From: the human T2T-CHM13v2.0 reference genome, Homo sapiens
DNA: 64,000 bases
Direction: 5' to 3' (one strand)
Assembly (NCBI RefSeq): GCF_009914755.1
Contig: NC_060927.1
Notes under the pieces: model-generated
What the model was told of the DNA's origin: nothing
The model's database searches: none
What the model saw: the letters and a program-made list of their open reading frames with translations, nothing else
Program-made: the position numbers and the translations under genes
Shown: positions 44,800-58,085 of the stretch, piece after piece
Numbering within the stretch: the stretch's first letter is position 1
Layout: the number at the start of each line of letters is the position of its first letter

Positions 44800-45465
44800 T
44801 TCCGTTTAAAAATATTTACTAGATATTTACAATGGGCCAAGCATTGCTCTGGGCACTGGAGGAAGATGGTAAACAAAACACACAAGAATACATGCTTTCA
44901 TGGAACTTCTTGCATACTTATAGGAGAGATGAGCAATGAAAAATTACCTAAAATATACAGTATGCAATATAAATGCAATATAGGAGGCTTTATGTGTGTG
45001 TGTGTATGTGTGTATACATACACACTAATACATATACTAAGTCTATAGTATGTTAGTATATATATGGCTTTGTATATATGTCTTCATATTATATGTGTCT
45101 TTATATATAAAAATCTTTATATACAAAAGGCACGTGTGTGTGTGTGTGTGTGTGCGCGCGCGCGTATGTGTAACATACTATAGAAAAGTAAGGGAAGGGT
45201 GAGAATATTGGAGGAATGGTGGTGGAAAGGAGACAGTTTAGAGTTTTAGATAGGATGGCCAAAGCAGGTCTCAATGAGATATTTGAGTTAAGACCTGAAG
45301 GAAGAGATCTACCTGGAGAGATCATTGTAGGCAGTGTGCATAGTATGTGCAAGGGCCCTGAGGCAGGTGCTTAACCTGGTGTATTTGAGGTCAATATGGA
45401 TTGAAGAGAGTGAGGCAGAATGCAGAAACTGCACATGCTACCCACTGAGGTCAGATCACTGTGAA
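44800..45465 (-). mobile_element. L2 fragment containing an expanded TG/TA/CG tract
   Basis: atatttac...gccaagcattgctctgggcactgga...gatatttgagttaagacctgaagga...tgcaagggccctgaggcagg. Confidence 0.7.
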
Positions 45466-46362
45466 AAGACTTTCTCTTCACTTTCCCCTTGATCCTGGGC
45501 CTGAGGCTGCCCAACTGGGAGCTGAAGTATTGATGAAGACTAATGCAACAGAAGAAGGGTTCCTGAAGCAGATAACCGGTCATGTGGTATCCAACACACC
45601 AGACCTTGGGGGTGGGGGTTGGGGTGGGCTCCCCCAGAGTCAAGAACTGAGGCTCTGGGCCAGCAAGGGCAAATGGGGCAGAAGAAACCCCTAGTGTAAT
45701 ATGGGAAAGGAGTTCAAACTCAACACCATCTCTTAGGGATCCAAGGAGTTAAAAAATATGCCTTAGAGAGTAAACTAAAAACCACTTCATAGAATCACAA
45801 AACCTCACAGAGGCTGAAGCAAACTTAAAAATTATCTAATCCAAATCATCCATTTTATAAAAGGGAAAACAGGCCTAGCTGAGGAAATTGATTCTGAGAG
45901 GTTAAACGACAAGTCTAAGATGACACAGCCAGTTGGGAGTAAAAGCAGGTTTTTTTGACGGCCATTTCAAGGTTATTTCCTCTACCATTGTTTAGGTGGC
46001 ACTTCCTTGACGTGATTTTCTTTTAGATTCTATTCTGGAAGGAATTGGTGCTTTAAAAGAACATAAATGGCTATAGGCCATGTAATACGATAGAAAGACT
46101 TTCGACTCACTCCTGGGATTAAATCTCAGTTCTAAAAGAATGACCTTACTAACTAGATAGGCTTGGGATATTATTACTTTCCTCTTGGGTTTGTTGAGGG
46201 GATTAAATGTGAACTGCTGGTTATATAGTAGGAATTCAGCAACAAACTGTTATGATGAAAAGACTCTAGACAGTCACTTATCTACAGAGGAATATCAGAT
46301 TATGCACGATTGCCATAAACTAGACATTCCTCATCCTAGTTTGTGTGAAGTAAGTGAATTTT

Positions 46363-46640
46363 GGCCAGGCGTGGTGGCTCACTCCTGTAATCCCAGCACT
46401 TTGGAAGGCCAAGGCAAGCGGATCACTTGAGGTCAGGAGTTCGAGATCAGCCTGGCCAACATGGAGAAACGCCAGCTCTAATAAAAAAAAAAGAAAAAGC
46501 TAGGCATGGTAGGAGGCTGAGGCAGGAGAATTGCTTGAACCTAGGAGGCGGAGGATGCAGTGAGCCAAGACTGCACCACTGCACTCCAGTGTGGGTGACA
46601 GAACAAGACTCTGTCTCAGAAGAAAAAAAAAAAAAAAGAA
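46363..46640 (+). mobile_element. AluS with an internal deletion in the right arm
   Basis: ggcatggt is joined directly to aggaggctgaggc; the cctgtaatcccagctact segment is missing. Confidence 0.92.
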
Positions 46641-47469
46641 GTGCCCGATGCCTTCCAAAGATCTTGTGCAAATTGATCATTAACCTCAGAGGACATGGGA
46701 GGATCAGGAACACCAGCCTTGTAAGAGCATTAGAGGGCTTTTCTGTAGACACAGTCAAGCAGTGTTTTTAAAAATCCATTATAAGTCAACTCTTAGTGAA
46801 AGTACAGACAATCTCACCCATGTCCTATTAGATGGAGTGCAGGACTGGGGCTCAGAGTAGATGCAATGAAGCTCTACAAATACCATCATGTTTCCAAGAC
46901 AACGGTATGTGACATGATGATGGGGACTGCCATCACCAGACTAGTGAAGCAAATGTTTTAATATGGGAATCCATTATGGACTTATGAGCTTCCCATCTAA
47001 ATGCAGGACCAACACTATCACATTTTTGGGACAACGGTGTGTGAAATGGTAGTCCTTGTTAAAATAGCTGGAGGGCAGAAGGAAACACTTTAAGGTAAAA
47101 AGCTTATTATAGGCTTAGGAGCCGTAAGCTTCACTTCCTCCAGGCAAGGACCTGCAGATGTCTGGAAGTTACAGTCCTATTTCTGTCCTTGCAGTCAAAA
47201 GTTTGAGGGCCGCATACAAGTGCATGGACTCAGTGAAATGTGGGGCGACTTTTCCACAGATGCTAAGCCCTGCTTGCTTTCTGGCCACCAGCCCTCAAGG
47301 CTCTGTGAATGGGACGCCAGTGACGCTCTGCAAAGTAATGATGTACCACGTGCTTCTCAAAGAGTGTCACGAGGCTATTTTTTTCCAAAAAATGTCTTTT
47401 CCATGCCAGTACAACAGTGCCTGAAATTTCAACGTGTGATTCCTCTGGAGGAACCCTCCATTTATAAAA

Positions 47470-47855
47470 CAGATGCTCCTCAACTTATGATGGACTTACA
47501 ACCTGATAAACTTATAGTAAGTAAAAAATGCATTTAATGCATCTAACCTACCAAATATCAGAGCTTAGCTGAGCCTACCTTAAATGTGCTCAGAATATTT
47601 ACATTAGCCTATAGATGGGCAAAATACTCTGGCAACACAGTACGCTGTAGAGTATCGGCTGCTTTCACTCATGATCATGTGGCTAACTGGTAGCTGCAGC
47701 TCACTGTGGCTGCCCAGCACTGCAAGATAGTTATCACACCACGTATCCCTAGTCCAGGAAAAGATCCAAATTCAAAATTTGAAGTATGGCTTCTACTGAA
47801 TGCATATAACTCTTGCATCATGGTAAAGGGAAAAAATCATAAGTTGAACCATCTG
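47470..47855 (+). mobile_element. MER47B-like Tigger (TcMar) non-autonomous transposon
   Basis: cagatgctcctcaactt...gcttagctgagcctaccttaaatgtgctcagaa...ggaaaagatccaaattcaaaattt...catctg-TA. Confidence 0.85.
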
Positions 47856-50209
47856 TATAAATATACCTCTGAGAGGACTCCACCATTAGGCCACTTTCAA
47901 CACAATGTGAATTAACCTACCAACGTGCGGTCCTGTACTACTTGAGAGATACGGTCACAGCCATTAACCTGCTTTACAGAGCTTGTCATGGCTGCAAGGA
48001 CTCTGTAGAGAATGTTTCGAGATAGACCTTAAAAATTAGTGGAATATGGGTGAACAGGAAAAAATGAGAGAGCAAGTGCCTTGGAAAGTGATTCTTTTCC
48101 TAGAACCAAGTCTCCACTTTTATTCGGAAGATGTTTTATTTAAGGCTCCTTTTCATTTCAAAGTTAATTAAAATGGAAAATAATATAGTTTCTAAAGCTT
48201 TTCACAGAAACAAATCAGCCAGGAGTCCTTGGAAGATGTATTTTACTAGATCAAAACTTATTTTCTTCTCTTTAAACAGCCAAGTATAAAGACTGCTTAT
48301 AGAGTATAGAAGGCAAGATCAAAGTTATGCCCCACTTTGACTCAAATTTTAAGGCTTTTTGCATTCTCAGAAGCTGAGAACATTCCATTTTTCTGACTTG
48401 GAGGACCTGGATTCAAGTTAGAAGCCACCTGTGCTCACTATAATATTCTGTCTCAGGCTGCACTTTGACCAAAATTTGATTCTACCATGATAGCTGAACA
48501 TTATGATGAAACCCTGGAAGATGAAAGGACATAGATTTCCTCCCAATGATTTATGTGTAACCTTGTGATTTATTGAGAGACAGTGGATTATTTGACACAT
48601 TATCATAAACCACTAAGTTTATTGGAGAGTCTCCTGGTGTCCTTGACACGATGGAAAGACATGACAAATTCTAAGAAATAATCTCTGCCTTTAAGAAGTT
48701 GACAATCTCCTGGAATACACAGAAAGTATTTATATGAAACAAATAAGAAAAAGAAGTATAAAGTCTAACTAAGTGCTAAACTTGTATATGAACTTGAGCT
48801 ATAGAGCAATTCATCAGCCATCAGTGGAGGGTAGGTTGATGAAAAAAAATTTCGAAGGAATCAGAGGAGGTGCCTGGTGAACCTGGGGTCTCAGGAAGGT
48901 TCTCCAGGTTGGGTGGGATTTAGAAAGACAGTGTGGAAAGCACAGGGCATTCCTCAGTCCAAAATGATCATGATAACCATAATGATTTGATGAAACCTAT
49001 TGATGAGCAAGAGTGACAGGACTCTCCCGGCAAACAAACATGTGATGTAAAGGACTTGGAAGAGTTATGCAGTTGAACTTTGCTAGATTAGAATGACAGG
49101 AACCGAAAAGGCAGACAGTAGGGGTAGTATCTTGAGTTTTTTCCAGGGACAGTAGACACCATACATGGAGAAGGTAGACTGTGTGTGAAAAGATGAGTGT
49201 TAGGGATTGCTGAAAATTGTGTGTGCCTGTTCTAAAGGCATGTAAATACAAAATACATTAAAAAAGCGTTTTGTGGATGAAAATGCTATGGGCTCATCAC
49301 TAAATTCCAACAACATTCCTAAGTCCTCTGGGTTATGTCTTAGTCTAACCTCCATTTTCACACACTCAGTATTAACAGTGACATTTCCTGAGGACTCAAC
49401 TTGCAACTTCCAGTGTCACCCCCTGACTTTTGTTTCTTCAGCTGTCACTCCTACCCCTCTACCCCACCAACTTACACTGATGCTAAAGCAAGGTGTTTTG
49501 TTCTCTGGAATGGCCCTGAGCACTCTGCTGTCTTCTCTTTACTCCTTTTCTTCCCTCTTTTGCAAGTATCCTTCCCCTCAAAATCCTTCTCATTCTTTAA
49601 GGCTGCCATAGTTAAAACTAGGTTGTAAGTGGTAGAAACCCAACGTCCGTGTGCTTCAGTAAGACATGGGGATTGCTGGCTTAGACATCAGAAGTCCAGG
49701 GGTTGACCTAGCTCTCAGGAGTAACAGTCTGCTCATTATTTCCCAGACTTGTGCAGCTCTATGTTTTTTGTTTTTTCAGTTTTCTGTTTTCTTATGAATA
49801 GGCCTCATTCTGTCTCTTTGTAGCCATTCTTCTTTGCCTATGGGTGGGCTGGGGGGCCAAGGGGAGTGTGGAGAGCAAAGCAGATCCAGGTTTACCTCAT
49901 CCCAGCATAGTAACCCTGGAGGAGAAAACACACTTTTACCTGCAGGATCTAGAAATAGAAGGTCCCAGAAAATAACAACTGGTTGGCCAGACTTGCATCA
50001 TGTGCTATGGCACAATTACTCTAATAGGCAGGCATGGTCGGCATGGTCCTCTTCTTGCTGCCTCTTCTCCAGAGGTACCACAAAGAGTGGAAAAGGGTCA
50101 GAGGGAATTTACCAAAAGAGGGTGTAATGGGATACTTAGCAACCATAACCAACAACAACCATCGGTGTTATCAGCCCTTTCTACCACCTCTCCAGGAGGC
50201 AAGGCTGCT

Positions 50210-50460
50210 TAACAGAATGAGCACAGACTGTATCAGGCAGCTTGGTTTCAAATTCCAGCTCTGCTACTTCTTGGTTGCATAAACTTGCGATAATTAGAAA
50301 TGCTAGGAGCCTCAGTTACTTCATCTGCTAAACTGAGATGACAGTAGCTTCTTCTCCCCCCACACCAAATCTGCTGTGAAAATTAAATGAAACAAAATTA
50401 AACAATCAGCCCAATTCACTGCTAGAAATATAGGCACTGCTAAATACACAATTGCTGCTA
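50210..50460 (+). mobile_element. MIR
   Basis: ggtttcaaattccagctctgctactt...gcctcagttacttcatctg...gtgaaaattaaatga. Confidence 0.7.
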
Positions 50461-50818
50461 CTATGATGATGAGCAGCATCATCATTATTATTATGGTTAA
50501 TATTACAACTGCTATTACTACTTTTTTCACATTCTTCCTCCTCCTTATTTCTTATGCCCCAAGCCAAAAACAGATCTTACACTTTTTGGCTTGGGGTTTG
50601 TCTACCTTCATCTGTGGACAAACTTCAGCATGTGTAATTCTCTTTTATTATAGTTTTTTTACTTTGAATGGGTGACAAGATTCAAATATTTACTTGTGAA
50701 GGTACTCAGCCTTCTTTATTTTCATCTTCTTGCTAAACAGATTTATTCTTTATCCACCTCCCTTCCCCTCTCTCTCTTTCTTTTGCTGGTCTGGTTCCTT
50801 GGTTTTTAAACTGAGAAT

Positions 50819-50926
50819 TAGGAGGGGAAAAGGGAGACAAGGGAGGGAAGAGGGGAGATGGGGGAGGGAAGAGGGAAGGGGAGAGGGGGAAGGGGAGAGG
50901 GAAATGAAGGGAGGGGGAGGGGGCAG

Positions 50927-50963
<37 letters not shown>

Positions 50964-51010
50964 TTGAAAATGGAGGGGGAAAGTAAGGGCACAGGAGGAA
51001 AAAAGATGAG
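50819..51010. repeat. G/A-rich low-complexity tract with (GA)n
   Basis: Nearly pure purine run with many G3-G5 tracts; (GA)~14 at about 50930-50957. Confidence 0.92.
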
Positions 51011-51347
51011 AGCCAGGAGATCTGAATTTGAGAAAAGTGCTGACTGAGAGGTTTGGTAAGGGAAAAGTTCCTGAGCAGCTGCTCTGTGTGGGGAAACAGA
51101 AGAGGAGATGAAAGAGAATGAAATGGAGATGAAATGGAAAGTTGTATCCAGCCTTCCCAGCTTTTTCACCATCAAATACATTTGTGTATGTCTTATATCT
51201 ATGTACCTATATACACATCCCTCAAATCATTAACTCTCACCTGAAAATAGAAAATAGGTATATTTTTTTGCTGTTGTAAAATGTACGCACTGATTAACAA
51301 ATGCAAGAGAGCCCAGGTAGACCTAGAGGTTTAGAAAATGACATCTG

Positions 51348-51562
51348 TTGGGGAGTTAAGCTATGAGGATGCGCAGGCATAAAAATGATACAATGGTCTT
51401 TGGGGACTCGGGAGGAAGGTTGGGAGGGGGGTGAGGGATAAAAGACTACACGTTGGGTACAGCGCACACTGCTTGGGCGATGGCTGCACCAAAAGCTTAG
51501 AAATCACTACTAAAGAGCTATCCATGTAACCAAACACAACCTGTTGCCCAAAAACCTACTAA
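51348..51562 (+). mobile_element. Short L1PB 3' UTR fragment
   Basis: taagctatgaggatgc...gggataaaagactacac...atccatgtaaccaaacac; same family as the element at 1-2620. Confidence 0.88.
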
Positions 51563-52767
51563 TTTTTTTTTTTTAAGTTTCTGGGTTAATCTAGAATGGT
51601 TTTCTAAAATAAAAGTTTTAGAAGAATTATTAAAGGATCTTTTCCTCCCAGGTCTTCCCTCCCCAGTTACATCATCACCGCCTAGACAAATATCAAAAAT
51701 AAATCAAAACTATGTAACAGATAAATATGAGAAAAAAAACCCATCAGGAACCAAGGGCTCTAGCTCCCAACTTTACCATTAATAAAGGCACATTGCAGTG
51801 TACCAGACTTGATCTAGGAATAAGCTGTTCTCAGCTCCATATTTAGGTTAGTTCCTTAAAGTTTCTTCCAGAATTTACTTCCTGAAAATATTGGGGTTGT
51901 TGTTGTCACTGCAACCTACAACTAACCTTCCACGAATAAATTTGATTTAGATAGTAATTATTAGAAAAGTATTTCAAAATAGACAGTTAACAAGCAAAAG
52001 AAAAAGGGTGCAACCTCACTAGCGTTCAAAATTATAAATCAAAATTATAATGAAGTAACTTTTTTTTTTAACCAATCACAATAGGCAAAGACTTTGAAAA
52101 GATAATTCCACATTTAGCTGAGAATAGAGTGAAATGGGCCTTCCTATATTTTACTCTTGGGAATGCAAATTAATTATTCCTTTCTGGGAAGAAAATAGCC
52201 AGACTGTCCACAGTCCCAAATTGACCCACAATATCCCCCTATGAAAATGCAGCTCTGGAAAACAGTTCTAAATATGAGAGGGAGGAGGATTTTTAAAAAT
52301 CACATCTTTAAACAATATTGTTTCTATTTATTAAATTATCTGTTAAGTCCAATGTTCAAGAACAAATCAAGAATTTTAAAATAATGATTCATGATCACCA
52401 TTTTTCCTTGAGCTAGCATCCTCACAAAGGGCATGTCATACTCAGGGACTGGGCAATAGAGCTGTGGTTATCTGGTAGGACAAAGGGCTTTGCTAACTCA
52501 GACATTACCTGCAAGGCAGCACTTACTCGTGTAAGCAGCTTGTTTCCAATGTGGCTTAGCATAAGGCCAAAACAAATAAAAGTCCTATAATTATTCATAG
52601 TTATACAATTATGTATATAATTATGCAAAAAATGCTTTCAGATACTTGTGACATACATTACTCATGATTGGATCTTCTAACTCCAGAGAAATAAAGGGAG
52701 CTATACTAAATGTTGACAAGCCATGGAGACAGATGCCAACACTTTCCCAGTTAGAGAGTACAGCTGA

Positions 52768-53066
52768 TTTTTCTTTTTTTTTTTTTTGAGACGGAGTCTC
52801 ACTCTGTCACCCAGGCTGGAGTGCAGTGGTGCGATCTTGACTCACTGCAACCTCTGCAACCCAGATTCAAGCGATTCTCCTGCCTCAGCCTCCTGAGTGG
52901 CTGGGAATACAGGTGAAGCCACCACACTCGGCTAATTTTTGTATTTTTAGTAGAGACAGTGTTTCACCATGTTGGTCAAGCTGGTCTTGAACTCCTGACC
53001 TTGTGATCCACCCGCCTCGGCCTCCCAAAGTGCTGGGATTACAGGTGTGAGCCACCATGCCTGGCC
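52768..53066 (-). mobile_element. AluSg-like
   Basis: Reverse dimer with ctcctgaccttgtgatcc (2-nt deletion class). Confidence 0.93.
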
Positions 53067-53782
53067 CTGAAATTTTTTTTTTCTTTTTTTAGAAGGCAAG
53101 GGGCACCTTGCTGCCTTAAACCTAAAAGGGAGGAAATATTTACAGAAGATTCCTGCTGACTTTCTAAAAATGCCTTCTTGATGCCGTTTCCCAAAGTTTT
53201 TCCCTTCTAACACTTCCTCCTCTTTGAGAAATGCAAATATGCAAGCATATTTTAGTAAAGTTGCTCATGTAGTGCCTTAAGATCTGAACAGTTAGGAGGA
53301 GACGTGTGATCTGTAACCTTCTCTATTCTATTGGCTTTGGACAACATTTCATTAACATTACTGTAGGAATGCTTACCTGTCCAGCAAGGCTGACTAGGGA
53401 GTACAACTGGAAATCATGAGGCATTTGGCAGGCAATATGGATCAACATCCCAAGAAACATTTTCTCCCCTGCCTTGGCTGCAACCTCAGGCCTGGTAACA
53501 CTGGCACTTTTTTGTGGTAATCAGTCCAGAGTGAGGGCTAAGATTGATACTGTTCTGAATGCAATTTTCCATCAACAGAGAGTAGAAGATTGGAAAGGCT
53601 TGGACTTAGAAATGCCAGCCTCATTCCTCTTCCTGGTGTCTGAACATGCACATTTAGCCGTATCAACTGAAACGCTGATGCAGTTCAAATTCAAACACAA
53701 GGCATTTGTTACTTTTTTAAAAAGGACATTTTTAGCTTTGCATAATAATATAGGGGAGACTTTAGTTTGTGTTGTTTACATT

Positions 53783-53900
53783 TTTCATCTTTAAATTTAA
53801 AGATGAAATTTAAATTTAAAATTAAAAACTTAAATTTAAAACCTTAAATTTAAAAATTTAAGGTTATTTTTCATCTTTAAAGATGAAAAATTTAAGGTTT
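53783..53900. repeat. AT-rich palindrome cluster inside a MIR
   Basis: Two perfect 26-bp palindromes and a 12-bp-arm hairpin. Confidence 0.93.
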
Positions 53901-55319
53901 GGACCAGAAAGGTTAAGCCACTTGTCTATTCCCGCACAGCTAAACATATGGCTCAGCAATGTGATTATGTGAAGCAATATGGGGCCATAAGAAGGGAACG
54001 ATTCAAGATTAAAAGGGCTACTGAAATAGCCTTAGACTACACATGAAGATTATAGCTTATCTCTATAATCAGCCCTTGAGTTTTGGATTTCACTGGTCAA
54101 ATCAGAATTTTATGATTTCCTAGTACTCTCAATATTAATTTCATTTCAAGTTAATTATCACTTTTTCTCTCTTGCGTATAATGCATCACTCTATTTCTTG
54201 CAGTTTTGAGGCCTTATTTGCAACACAGCCATTGACTACTTGGTGGAATTGGGTGGAAGCTACCAGTTAGCATATTTCTAGAGAGATGTCCAAGCAGCAT
54301 AAAGCCCCTGACTAGTGCTGATGATGTCACTGATTTGGTAAAATACTTTTGTAAACTGTGAGATTCTTGAGAGCAGCGGTGCTCCTAGGACTTAGCTATA
54401 CATAGATATATGTCATAAATGAATGGACAACAGGGTGAAGCATCCAAGAAAGTGATAAAACTCTCTCCATCTACTGGGTAAACAAGGCACAGATATTAGA
54501 GATTTAACACTCTAATGGGAACAGAACATCGCTGACCTACTTTTTCTCCCTCTGTTTCATGTAAATTGCAAATTCACACATTGCCAGCTCTTAACAACAT
54601 AGCACTCTTGCTCCCAGAGAAGCAGCTGTAGATACTGGAGGCTGTCAGAACTAGAGGTGATATCTGGATCTGCTCCATCTCCACCATTTGGACCACCCAC
54701 CTAGGTTTATTAACCTGTGTCTTACTCAGATTACGCTTTTACAAAGATAGAGGAGAAATTAAATAGAAAATTAAAAATGATACCATTCAGACAGGTTTTA
54801 GTTGGTGCTGTCCCTTGGGTCAGGCAAAGTAATAAGCATTATCTTTTCTGCATTCCAGATAGGATAGAAGATGAAGGTTAAAATGCATGGAGGGAAGCTT
54901 CCTGGCCCGTAAGGTATGGATCAGGAGATAAGAGAAGTGGTGGGATTTGTGAATTTGGAGAAAGGCAGTCGCCTGTGACATTGCCCCAATATACCAAAGG
55001 ATTTCAGGTGGTATCTGGCCTTGGAGATACATGCTGAGGCTGGAGGCTAAGCCTGTTGGCCTTGGGAGTGGCGACTAAGGAGGGTGGTTGATGGTTGACT
55101 CTGAGCTGGGTCAGTAAGAAGCTGGATGTGAGAGCAGCAGAGCCTCACTGTAGGTGGGTAGCAGCCCTCACTGGTGGCATCCTGTGCAGAGGAAACACAT
55201 GATGCTGGGGCCAGTGGATGGATACTCCTAAGTCTCTGCTCTAAGTTTTGGGGCCTGCCTTAGTCCCAGTGTTCTAGCATCATGCGAGATTTGTCCACAA
55301 GCTGTCAAAAGAGAAATTT

Positions 55320-57075
55320 CTCACTGTGTCATTACCAAATCCACCAACCTACCTGCCTCTCAAGCCATATTGTCTACCTTCCCTCCTACTGCAAGGCATT
55401 ACCTCCTTATGTTCTTTCTTCAGGCAGCCCTTCCACTAGTGCATGAGATCCACTGGTGCCTCATCTCCTTAAGATCACTGCTCCATAATTCTTTTTTTCT
55501 GTACTATCAGTCCCCATTCCAATCATTCCCATCAGGACATCGACTTGCTGTAATACCTCCCATCCTACAAACATGTCTTCTACTAACTGTGCACACTCTC
55601 TGCTTCCATATAGTAGAATTCCCATAAATGATTATATATACTATCGTCCCCATTTTGTCACCTCCTCTGATCCATTTTTTCCTCAACCTACTCCAGTCAA
55701 GTTTCATGTGCATCAAAGTCACCAGGAGTTTCCACATTGCCAAATTGGTGACCATTTTCCAGTACTTGCCTTCCTCAGTCTCTCAGCAGCATTTGACTTT
55801 CATGCAGTCACTTCCTCCTTGAAACACTTTCCTGCCTTAGCTTCTGGGATACTATGAAATTGCAGTTCTGTTTTCTTCCAGTATGGTGACTGCTCCTTCT
55901 CATTCGCTTCTGCTGGATTCTCCTTTTCTTCCCCATTTATAAATGGGAGAATGCTCCAGAGATTAGTCTTTATTTCAATTCATGCTTATTTCCTCTACAA
56001 TGTCCTTGAGTTTCACAGCTTTAGACGTTATCCATATGCTGATGGATCCCAAATTTGACCTCTAGTCTCTGTCTTTCTCCTAAACTTTATACTCATACTC
56101 AGTTCCTACTCAGCATCTTTGCTCACCTGCTATTAACCACTTCAAAGTTAATATGCCTCATATTGATCCTTTGATTACCATGCCACCCCCAAATATGCAT
56201 GTTTTTAAGGATTTTCTGTTCTATTAAATGTTCCAACATTATCAGTTGTTCTGTGTAAAAACCTAGGACTCATCCTTGGTCCTCTCTTTCTCTTACAGCT
56301 TACATCAGATTTATTAGTAAGCCCAACTGGGTCCACCTTAATGGATACCCACTAGTCACAATCTCACCACTACCATCCTCGCCCGAGGAGCCACCATCTT
56401 TTTCCTGCACTAAAGCAAGTGCCTTCTAACTAGTGTACTGCATCTCTTCTTAATATTGCCGCCTACCACCTATTCTCCACACAGCATCCAGAATGTATGT
56501 CAGATCACAACATTCTCCAATTCAAAACTCTCCAAATTTCCCCATCATACTTAGAATAAAGCCAAAGTAAGTGACAAGGTACATAACATCAAGGCCCTAT
56601 GTGACCTGTGCTCTCATGCTCTTCTTGTATTCTCTCCCTTTTGCCTCATTTGCTACCATTCTTTACTGACCTTGCTTTCTCTGAGCATGTCATCCATGTT
56701 ACTGTCTCCAGGTCTTTGTACGTGTAGGGTCCTCATCCTGGAAGATTCCCTTTCCAAACATAGCATGACATCACTCCCCTCAATCCCTGACTACCCAGCC
56801 AATACTCTGCTTAACTTTTCTCCAGAGATCTTATTCCTAACACTGCCACAAATATTATGACTGATATTTTATAATTACTTACATATTACATATTGCTTTT
56901 ATAATCATGTATATTAGCATATTATTATTTGTGTGTTTGTCTAATATTTGTCTCCTTCACATAAATGTACACTCTGCAGAAACAGGGACTTTGCCTGTTT
57001 GTTTTCCATTTTATCTAAATCATCTAAAAGAATCTCTGATAGAGAGTTAGGGTTTAACACTTTTTTTTGAATATA
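55320..57075 (+). mobile_element. Long L2 fragment (RT region to 3' end)
   Basis: ORF 55573-55857 contains FLSLSAAFD (L2/CR1 RT LDLSAAFD motif); L2 3' motifs follow. Confidence 0.85.
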
Positions 57076-57144
57076 TAAATGGCAAATTTCAATCACCTCA
57101 GTAGATTTCAGTAACTTGTATTGAACTAAAGTGGTGGATTAGCC

Positions 57145-57452
57145 CTAAACTGTTACAGCAAATGCACTTATAGTGGCTTCTTTATGATTAATCTGTGGTT
57201 ATTTCAAAGGTGTTTATTGAGAAGAAAAATGCTAAGAGAAAACCAAACTGCATTAACAATTCTTTTAGGTCTTTTGTGCACACTCACACAAAAAAGTTTT
57301 ATGACATATTACGCAGCGAAATGGTTTTAAAAATTACTTTGTTTTTAGCTGCCTCAGGTTTTTGCACTTCTTCGTCTCTCAGCCTGAAACATTATTTCAC
57401 CCAAAACATTTTCATGGCATCACATTTTCATGTGATATAAAGATTTCCTGCT
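57145..57452 (-). pseudogene. Putative terminal exon relic of an RNF213-like pseudogene
   Basis: Strong acceptor (T11)CAG, phase-compatible with the upstream relic exon. Frames EQEIFISH, LRDEEVQK...LRNM...DLKELL and QINH loosely fit the RNF213 C-terminal pattern. The 3' boundary is approximate. Confidence 0.45.
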
Positions 57453-57519
57453 CTGAAAAAAAAAAATTATGGATGTTATTGGGCTAGAACAAAAAATTGG
57501 TTTACAAATATTCCTAAAG

Positions 57520-57890
57520 ACCAATTAATAAGAGAATATGCTAGTAACACATATAACAAAAGATTACTCTACAGAATATAGAATCAGTAAAAAAAAGGTA
57601 AGAAACAAAATGCAGAAATGAGAATAAATAGGGATTTTATACAAAAGAAAGTACAAGTGGCTCATAAGTACATAAAAACTTGCTCAATCTCAAGTTATTA
57701 GAAAAGGCAAATTGAAATTACAATGAGAAACAATTTTATACCTAGAGATTGGCAAAACTTAGACAATACTACATGTTGATGAGGTGTGGAGCAACTAGAA
57801 CTATTAAAATGCTGGTTGGTGAGCAAGTTATTACAAATGCTTTGGAAACAGTTCAGCATTACTTATTAAGGTGAAACTTACACACATATC
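57520..57890 (+). mobile_element. Ancient L1M ORF2-end fragment
   Basis: ttagaaaaggcaaattgaaattacaatgaga...gattggcaaaa...gatgaggtgtggagcaactagaac. Confidence 0.65.
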
Positions 57891-58085
57891 ATACATACTA
57901 TATATGATATCATGTGATATATATGATAGATATGTTATGTGATATATAGGGTATATATGTGTATACTATATATGTATATACTACATATATACGTGTATAC
58001 TATATATACACTATATAAGATATATAGTCTATATCATATATAGGATATAGATACACACACGTATATCATATATATCCCATATAAA
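57890..58085. repeat. TA-rich degenerate microsatellite
   Basis: Imperfect (TA)n/(TATG)n/(TATAC)n. Confidence 0.85.

Noticed and set aside
48500-48580. C/D snoRNA from an ATGATGA box
   Set aside because: No suitably placed CTGA D box or terminal stem
50321-50530. Hydrophobic membrane-protein-like ORF
   Set aside because: Arises from a MIR tail and ATT/ATC simple repeats
50730-51181. 143-aa and 105-aa overlapping ORFs
   Set aside because: Artefacts of the stop-poor G/A low-complexity tract
51560-51576. Poly-T in place of the L1PB poly-A tail as an inversion event
   Set aside because: No clear TSD; A/T-tract turnover is a simpler explanation
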